A stretch of 64,000 nt of DNA, taken from IMG/VR virus record IMGVR_UViG_3300028416_000485. One strand, written 5' to 3'. The translations under genes and the position numbers were made by a program. Source of the DNA: a virus. Below are positions 59,001-64,000 of the stretch, piece after piece. The first letter of the stretch is position 1. The number at the start of each line of letters is the position of its first letter. A model generated the notes under the pieces. It had not been told where the DNA came from. It searched no databases and saw only the letters and a list, made by a program, of their open reading frames with translations.

Positions 59001-59315
59001 AGAGTTAATGTTGCAAGACTTGTAGTGTACTTACGTAGTCAGTTGAATCAGTTGACAAAACCATATCTATTTGAACCAAATGATAAAATCACACGTGATG
59101 AAATCAAAGCACAAGTAGAAAGTTTAATGGTTGAACTAGTGGGACTAAGAGCTCTATATGACTTCTTAGTTGTGTGCGACGAATCAAACAACACACCAGC
59201 GAGAATTGATCGAAATGAACTATATGTAGATATTGCTATTGAACCAGTCAAAGCAGTAGAGTTTATATACATACCATTGCGTATCAAAAATACAGGAGAA
59301 ATCGCAGGATTATAA
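56019..59315 (+). CDS. gp18: Tail sheath protein gp18 (1098 aa, large internal insertion)
   Basis: MALTSPGVEVSVIDES, FGDP, PWFAPAG.RRG, RDTLYQN.VNPI, VVFGQKT, SALDRVNVARL, FLVVCDESNNTP.RIDRNEL.VDI.IEP.KAVEFI. Confidence 0.95.
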   Translation: MALTSPGVEVSVIDESFYTPAEPGTVPIIFVATGENKLNGAGTGIAPGTQKANAGKPYLLTSQRDLVDTFGDPTFYTDANNNPIHGGEQNEYGLQAAYSYLGVSNRAYVVRADIDLTAISASSTPTTANPADGTYWLDTQVTKFGIFEWNGSAQSATNKVGQTFTNKTPTVITDATQTSGSSPYAPKQSVGAIGDYAVVAVSTIIRTWYKNTTGAWVEVGSANWKGSWPSVTGTAGTPTFTASNTITIGSAEGLSVTVVLSGTSLASTVSDINTALGAVGITAEAIDNRLAFKNTGATHSNIVLGNGTGTPLTDAGIVAGTYYPPAHQATAHTSVPEWKTADSASRPTGSVWVKTTTPNSGADWKTKVWNGSTELWDAVSTPIYTSNSAALAGLDKTGGGANLTTLNVYAMANVTENATNLANFTLFKRNANGATTITSGVVDSTTFTSGTNDFTISETVKGSATLSTPVTISFSATGATTDAELMAAAINTAGLTNVTASVDSTNRVVVSHAIGGDIRFVDGANTPLADAFTAWNYSTKSGTVNFYDSPNGLSGAYIATLWKELTYTASNDAPTALAADGALWYSSVVDEVDIMVHDGDKWVGYLNTDSPYYDVTPGNAPDASGPIVAASEPVDGDRADGGNLVTGDIWVSTADLENFPRIYRWNNTLNSWVELDTTDQTTENGVLFADARYNTAGANSSTEGDIVDMITSNYVDVDCPDPALYPKGMLLWNLRRSGFNVKRFERNYVDLAADNERFGDESMSAYYPHRWVTESANEADGSGSFGRKAQRKVVVQKLQAMLNENQDIRDNESRIFNLMSTPGYPELIGEMITLNYDRGLTAFVIGDSPFRLTPDATSLNEWATNVNTVVEDNDNGLVSRDEYLGVYYPSGFTSDNAGNNVVVPASHMVLRTFALNDQVAYPWFAPAGTRRGGVTNATSTGYISNEGEFVASALNEGQRDTLYQNNVNPITFLTGAGLVVFGQKTRARNASALDRVNVARLVVYLRSQLNQLTKPYLFEPNDKITRDEIKAQVESLMVELVGLRALYDFLVVCDESNNTPARIDRNELYVDIAIEPVKAVEFIYIPLRIKNTGEIAGL

Positions 59316-59324
59316 ATCATTAAA

Positions 59325-59362
59325 GTAGGGGGAAAATAAAATCCCCCTACAAATGATAAATA
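59325..59362 (+). promoter_or_regulatory. Stem-loop followed by late promoter GATAAATA between sheath and tube
   Basis: GTAGGGGGA/TCCCCCTAC 9-bp stem (59325-59350); GATAAATA 59355-59362. Confidence 0.6.
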
Positions 59363-59384
59363 CATGTGATAAGGAGAAACATAG

Positions 59385-60023
59385 ATGGCAATCTCAACTC
59401 TATTAAATTTAACAGTACCGTTAGCAAACGATACTAGTGCAAGCAGTCAGGGTCTGCTAATGCCTAAACTACAATACCGTTTCCGAGTAACATTGGAAAA
59501 CTTTGGTATTACAGGCAACACAACTGAATTAACAAAACAGGTTATTGATGCAACCCGTCCAAATATATCATTCCAACAAATACCGATTGATGTTTACAAC
59601 AGTAAAATTTATATGGCAGGCAAGCACGAATGGCAAGCAGTTACAATGAACTTACGTGACGATGTTAACGGAAACGTACAACGTTCAGTAGGCGAGCAAC
59701 TACAGAAACAGTTTGATTTCTTTGAACAGTCTAGTGCTGCTACAGGACAAGACTATAAGTTTACACAACGTATTGAAGTACTAGACGGCGGCAACGGCGC
59801 TAATACTCCAGCTGTACTTGAAACTTGGGAACTATATGGTTGCTATTTAACAAGTGTTGACTACGGATCAATGAGTTACTCAGCAAACGATGCAATGACA
59901 GTAGCTCTTAATATTCAATATGACAATGCTGTACAACTTAACGTAGGTGTTGGAACGCCTAATAACTTCCAAGATCGAAATACTGAAACAGGCACAGGTG
60001 CCACAGGCGCTGCCGCTCTTTAA
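59385..60023 (+). CDS. gp19: Tail tube protein gp19
   Basis: PKLQYRFRV, AGKHEWQ.VT..LRDD, ETWELYGC, LNIQYDNA; directly after sheath. Confidence 0.85.
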   Translation: MAISTLLNLTVPLANDTSASSQGLLMPKLQYRFRVTLENFGITGNTTELTKQVIDATRPNISFQQIPIDVYNSKIYMAGKHEWQAVTMNLRDDVNGNVQRSVGEQLQKQFDFFEQSSAATGQDYKFTQRIEVLDGGNGANTPAVLETWELYGCYLTSVDYGSMSYSANDAMTVALNIQYDNAVQLNVGVGTPNNFQDRNTETGTGATGAAAL

Positions 60024-60050
60024 TACTAACTAAGAGATTGCTTGACTTCT

Positions 60051-60071
60051 AAGGAGCCCAATGGGCTCCTT
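60051..60071 (+). terminator. Stem-loop / terminator after tube gene
   Basis: AAGGAGCCC-AAT-GGGCTCCTT followed by a T-rich tract. Confidence 0.65.
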
Positions 60072-60111
60072 ATTTGTTATGTGCGCTGTTTAAATATAAG
60101 ATAAATACTTT

Positions 60112-61386
60112 ATGCCGTTAAATAGAAACTTTGATAACTTTACTAATTTTGATACCAACAAAGGTATAATGGGTGACTTTACTCACGCCTCAAACTTGTA
60201 TCGTCGCAATAACTTTAGACTTGCGCCTAAAGTCAAATTCTTATATCATGTTGTAATAGATGTAAATCCAATAGCGTTACAATCATTAGGAAACAATGTT
60301 AGTAACTTATTAAACAAACGAGAGTTTAATATATTAGCATCATCTGCTGATTTACCAAACTACGATATTAATACCGAAACAATAAATCAATATAATAGAA
60401 AAAAAGTAGTTCAAACAAGAATAAACTATAATCCTGTTAATATTGAGTTTCATGATGATGCTGCTGGGCTAACAACATTATTGTGGGAAGCCTATTATAG
60501 ATATTATTATGAAGACGGCAACTATGCTGATCAAGGAACTCGTCCACGTGCATATCAAACTGGCTTATACGATAGTGAGCCACAGAATACTTATAGACAC
60601 GGTTTTAACAGATCCGGCAAAACATATCCATTTTTTAATAGTATAACTATACACCAACTACATCATCAAAATACTGATAGTCATTTTACTAGTTTTACAC
60701 TTGTTAATCCTCTTATATCTGGCTGGGAACATGATAGAGTAGATCAATCAGATGCTTCTGGTATAATGAAAAATACTATGCGTGTTGATTATGAAACAGT
60801 ATTATACGATAGAGGTTATACCGGAGATGATAATCCAGCAGGATTTGCAGATAACGCACACTATGATAAATCGCCAAGTCCGTATATTAGTACAGGATCG
60901 GGTAGTGATACAACAGGAATTGAGAATGGTTGGACTAAGGTATTTGCTGATATATTTTTAGACATATTAGGAATAACTGAGTTTAATACCGAACAGCAAC
61001 GTAACCTAAGATCTCCATTTGTAACTAATCCAGTTACAACAGATAACAGAGTTCCATTTAATAGTAATACATTCTTTCCACAAAGTTCAACTCAGACAGC
61101 TATAACTACAGCCTTTTTTGATGCAGCATTTGAATCAACAATATCTCAAAGAGAGTTACAAAATAGTACTATTAAGCAAAGAGACTTGGCCAGGAATGCT
61201 CTTCGAAACTATGCAATAGCACAAGGATCATCAAACTCATTTAATGATAACGGCCAGCTGTTTGATAATTTAAATGCAACCCAACAACTACAACTACAAC
61301 AGGCAGTTGTTGATAACTATAGAGTAGACCCAACACTACAAGGTGCAGCATTTACTAGCACTCTTGAGAATATTATAGGTGGCTAA
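60112..61386 (+). CDS. Tail-tube-fold baseplate protein (gp19 paralogue / gp54-like)
   Basis: PKVKFLYHV, DLP.Y.I.TE..NQYNRK, Y.PVNIEFHDD, LVNP.I..W.HD, M.VDYE; GATAAATA promoter at 60100-60107. Confidence 0.6.
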   Translation: MPLNRNFDNFTNFDTNKGIMGDFTHASNLYRRNNFRLAPKVKFLYHVVIDVNPIALQSLGNNVSNLLNKREFNILASSADLPNYDINTETINQYNRKKVVQTRINYNPVNIEFHDDAAGLTTLLWEAYYRYYYEDGNYADQGTRPRAYQTGLYDSEPQNTYRHGFNRSGKTYPFFNSITIHQLHHQNTDSHFTSFTLVNPLISGWEHDRVDQSDASGIMKNTMRVDYETVLYDRGYTGDDNPAGFADNAHYDKSPSPYISTGSGSDTTGIENGWTKVFADIFLDILGITEFNTEQQRNLRSPFVTNPVTTDNRVPFNSNTFFPQSSTQTAITTAFFDAAFESTISQRELQNSTIKQRDLARNALRNYAIAQGSSNSFNDNGQLFDNLNATQQLQLQQAVVDNYRVDPTLQGAAFTSTLENIIGG

Positions 61387-61761
61387 ATGAGTAGTATAAC
61401 TGATAAAAGTATTAATAAATCATCTGATAGTGCAGCAGAGGTAAAATCATTCTTTGATAGATATTTTTCAAAATCGATATCGATTACAAGCAATGAAGTT
61501 GATAGTGTATTAGGATTTTTTAAAAAAAGAAAGTTTGAAGATAATGCAGCTATTGCTGTAACTACAGTATTATTGCAACAAGCTAAATCTGAAAATAAAA
61601 ATATATTTGAGTTATTAGATAGTTTAAAAGGTTTAGATGAGGTAAAACTTAGTCAGCTGGTAGCTGCTATTTTGAATAATAACAGAAGCAAAGTAAGTGC
61701 TCTTGGTTACACAACAGATTATCAGATTGTAACATACGAAAATAGAAACGTTGTATTGTAA
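61387..61761 (+). CDS. Hypothetical protein
   Basis: 124 aa, abutting both neighbours. Confidence 0.7.
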   Translation: MSSITDKSINKSSDSAAEVKSFFDRYFSKSISITSNEVDSVLGFFKKRKFEDNAAIAVTTVLLQQAKSENKNIFELLDSLKGLDEVKLSQLVAAILNNNRSKVSALGYTTDYQIVTYENRNVVL

Positions 61762-62198
61762 TGTCGAGGTTTGCACAAGGCAAGTATACATTAAAAAACC
61801 CTGAAAAATATGTAGGCGGCAGAACTCCTACTTATAGAAGTAGTTGGGAATTTGCTTTTATGCGTATGTGCGATACAAACGAAAATATAACAAAATGGGC
61901 TAGTGAAGCAGTTCGTATTCCTTATAGAAATCCACTAAGTGGAAAACACACTATATATGTTCCTGATTTCTTTATAGTATACAATGATCGTACAGGTAAA
62001 CAACACGTTGAACTAATAGAAGTCAAGCCAGCAAATCATACATTTAAAGAACAACTAGGCAACAGCAAAGTAAACAAGTTACACTATGTTGTTAATCAAG
62101 CAAAATGGGCAGCAGCTAGAGGTTACTGTAAACAAAAAGGAATGCTATTTAGAGTTGTTAACGAAGGAGATATTTTCCATCAAGGCAAACGTAGATAA
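61761..62198 (+). CDS. gp4: Head completion nuclease gp4-like (TnsA-type PD-(D/E)xK)
   Basis: GKY..KNP.KY.G, YRSSWE..FM..CD.N..I.KWASE...IPY, YVPDF, IEVKP, NQAKW.AA..YC. Confidence 0.85.
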   Translation: MSRFAQGKYTLKNPEKYVGGRTPTYRSSWEFAFMRMCDTNENITKWASEAVRIPYRNPLSGKHTIYVPDFFIVYNDRTGKQHVELIEVKPANHTFKEQLGNSKVNKLHYVVNQAKWAAARGYCKQKGMLFRVVNEGDIFHQGKRR

Positions 62199-62226
62199 AT
62201 AATAGTAGCATATTATAGGTGTTATT

Positions 62227-62709
62227 ATGACAAAGAAACTTGAAGAAATGTTGAATCTTCCAGATAACGAAGATATTAAACAAGAAGTACAACAACAGGC
62301 AGTTGTTGCACAAGAAGAAACTTTTAGAGATATTGCAGAGTTTGACAAGATTGCAAGTGCATTGCCAGCTGTTAAAGGACTTGGCCAAAAAGCAGACGAC
62401 GAACTCGAAGACATTGCATCACGTGCATTGGAAGCATATGACGATTTAATGGATTTAGGAATGAATGTTGAATCACGTTACGCAAGCAGAGTATTTGAAG
62501 TTGCTGGCGGAATGCTTAAAACATCATTAGATGCTAAGGTTGCTAAAATGGATAAGAAACTAAAAATGATTGACTTGCAACTTAAAAAAGAAAAAATGGA
62601 CAAAGATAGTAACCCTGGCGATGGCGGCGTAGTTAACGGGGAAGGATATGTTGTCTCAGATCGTAATAGCCTTTTAGAGAAGTTAAAAGGCATGAACAAT
62701 GATAAATAG
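62227..62709 (+). CDS. gp16: Terminase small subunit gp16-like
   Basis: RVFEVAGGMLKT...KL.MIDLQ.KK and C-terminal VVSDRNSLL.KL resemble the gp16 R.YEV.GQL.K / FVGST..L pattern; GATAAATA at 62194-62201. Confidence 0.6.
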   Translation: MTKKLEEMLNLPDNEDIKQEVQQQAVVAQEETFRDIAEFDKIASALPAVKGLGQKADDELEDIASRALEAYDDLMDLGMNVESRYASRVFEVAGGMLKTSLDAKVAKMDKKLKMIDLQLKKEKMDKDSNPGDGGVVNGEGYVVSDRNSLLEKLKGMNNDK

Positions 62710-62731
62710 TAACATAACGTAGGATACAATA

Positions 62732-63214
62732 ATGAAAAACTTTGCTGATTATTTGACTGAAAGTAAAAAAACATACGAGTTCAAGATTGGTGTAGCTGGT
62801 GAGCTGCCTGAAAACTTTGAAGATATGCTTGAAACCAGTTTACAAAAATACGGATGCTCGCAAATTGCAGCTGGTAAAAAAACACCAATACAAGAACGTC
62901 CACTAGACTTTCCACAGTTAGAAAACTGCGAAGCTACATACTTTGAAATAAGTTGTACATATCCAACAACAGTGCAAGTACTTCAAGAGTACATCGGACA
63001 GTGTTGCGGAGTCAAACAAAGTCATATTATTGTACGTAATCCAAATGAGCCACAAGAGCTGTATCAAGAAGAAGTGTCTTCTGATGTATATGTTGCAAAG
63101 CTAACAGTTGAAGAACTCGAAGGCGAAAGCGCACAGGATATGGCAGGCGAAAATAGAGTAATGGACCTGCTGAAAGAATTAGAGACAGCTCGTAAAGAAC
63201 AGTCAGGAGACTAA
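62732..63214 (+). CDS. Hypothetical head-associated protein with capsid-targeting-like N-terminus
   Basis: MKNFADYLTE start; GATAAATA at 62701-62708. Confidence 0.7.
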   Translation: MKNFADYLTESKKTYEFKIGVAGELPENFEDMLETSLQKYGCSQIAAGKKTPIQERPLDFPQLENCEATYFEISCTYPTTVQVLQEYIGQCCGVKQSHIIVRNPNEPQELYQEEVSSDVYVAKLTVEELEGESAQDMAGENRVMDLLKELETARKEQSGD

Positions 63215-63215
63215 T

Positions 63216-64000
63216 ATGAAAAAAGTAAACGAAGCTAATATGAACATTAGTGTAAATGGCGAAAGCGCATCGGAAGTATCAGAACTACTGCGCATTATGC
63301 AACTAGCAGGTTCTGATGCAAAAGAAGTTGATATTGATGATATTAATCAAAAAATGTTACCGAGTCCAGAAGATGACGGCCCGTGTGATGTATGTGGAGG
63401 CGATCATGGTCCTTCAGATCTTATGGCAGGCTGCGGCGGCAAGTCGTCAAGTGAAACAATGGCAGACACTATCAGAATGATTTCAAAAGAAGAAGATGAT
63501 TATGATGGTAACTTTGGTGATGCAACTACAGAACCAGATGACGAATATATGAGATCAAATGCAGGCGATGTAAGTGACATGATTCCAAGTGGTGACGACT
63601 TACACAAAGAAAAAGGATCATATCCAGCAACAGCAGGTGGCGACAATCCAATGAATACTAGAGAAAGTATTCATGCAATGCTTACAAAAGCACTTGCTGA
63701 AAAACAAGCATCAAAAGAGCCAAAGCCAGACTTTCCAGACTTAGATGGCGACGGCAACAAAGAAGAGCCAATGAGTCAAGCTATTGCACAGCGTGATGGC
63801 GAAGATGAAGACGAAGACAAAAAGTCTAAAGGTATCAAAGCAATGATTGATGCTGGTAACAAAAAAGCAGATGCAGAAGTTGCTGAATATGATGTTCCAA
63901 GTAACTTTGAAAACAAGCACAAAGACATCAACAATCTTGGACGCAAAATGATGGACATGAGTTCAAATATGTCAGGAACTGATGATACTAGTTTAATGAT
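63216..64000 (+). CDS. Acidic prohead/internal protein (partial, runs off window end)
   Basis: Not in ORF track. MKKVNEANMNISVNGESASEVSELLRIMQLAG...PDFPDLDGDGNKEEPM..., open to window end; AGGAG RBS. Confidence 0.75.
   Translation, partial: MKKVNEANMNISVNGESASEVSELLRIMQLAGSDAKEVDIDDINQKMLPSPEDDGPCDVCGGDHGPSDLMAGCGGKSSSETMADTIRMISKEEDDYDGNFGDATTEPDDEYMRSNAGDVSDMIPSGDDLHKEKGSYPATAGGDNPMNTRESIHAMLTKALAEKQASKEPKPDFPDLDGDGNKEEPMSQAIAQRDGEDEDEDKKSKGIKAMIDAGNKKADAEVAEYDVPSNFENKHKDINNLGRKMMDMSSNMSGTDDTSLM

Noticed and set aside
158-63958. Many long opposite-strand ORFs in the track (e.g. 1278-1766, 16078-16620, 19820-20590, 33144-34073, 42331-43425, 44725-45447, 51074-51604)
   Set aside because: They lie wholly antisense to well-supported genes, lack RBS or promoters, and have the Ser/Val/Pro-rich composition expected of shadow frames from biased codon usage
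1-64000. Stop-codon reassignment, inteins or introns in core genes
   Set aside because: Conserved genes (gp20, gp23, gp46, gp18) are full length under code 11, TAA/TGA/TAG all occur as stops, and no intein or intron insertions are evident

Overview
A 64-kb, AT-rich segment of a large T4-related (Tevenvirinae-like gene set, divergent lineage) myophage genome. It covers most of the virion morphogenesis region in a rearranged, two-strand layout. In order: baseplate genes (gp5-, gp53-, gp48/54-like; minus strand), late sigma gp55, gp47/gp46 recombination nuclease, a flavin-dependent halogenase-like gene, a GIY-YIG nuclease, gp26-like chaperone, tape measure, portal gp20, core/scaffold, protease gp21, gp22, major capsid gp23, two giant fibre-like proteins (3133 and ~3629 aa), a glycosyltransferase cluster, Nudix, gp15/gp14/gp13, dNMP kinase, sheath gp18, tube gp19, gp4 and small terminase gp16. 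Most notable: (1) both giant virion proteins carry tandem ~140-165-aa helical repeats whose core (K-C-x-R-D...Y...G-G/T-N) is in register with the bilin-binding Cys84 helix of phycobiliproteins, suggesting bilin-binding globin-fold arrays on a phage particle; (2) a probable programmed -1 frameshift (T TTT TTC) fusing the gp26-like gene to a start-less gp51-like frame; (3) two structured non-coding elements, a ~510-nt pseudoknotted one downstream of the GIY-YIG gene and a ~250-nt one with its own promoter and terminator next to a cold-shock-like gene; (4) repeated leaderless promoter-ATG architecture and overlapping divergent promoters. No tRNA, CRISPR array, intron or recoded genetic code was recognised. 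All family assignments come from motif recognition by eye, not database searches.
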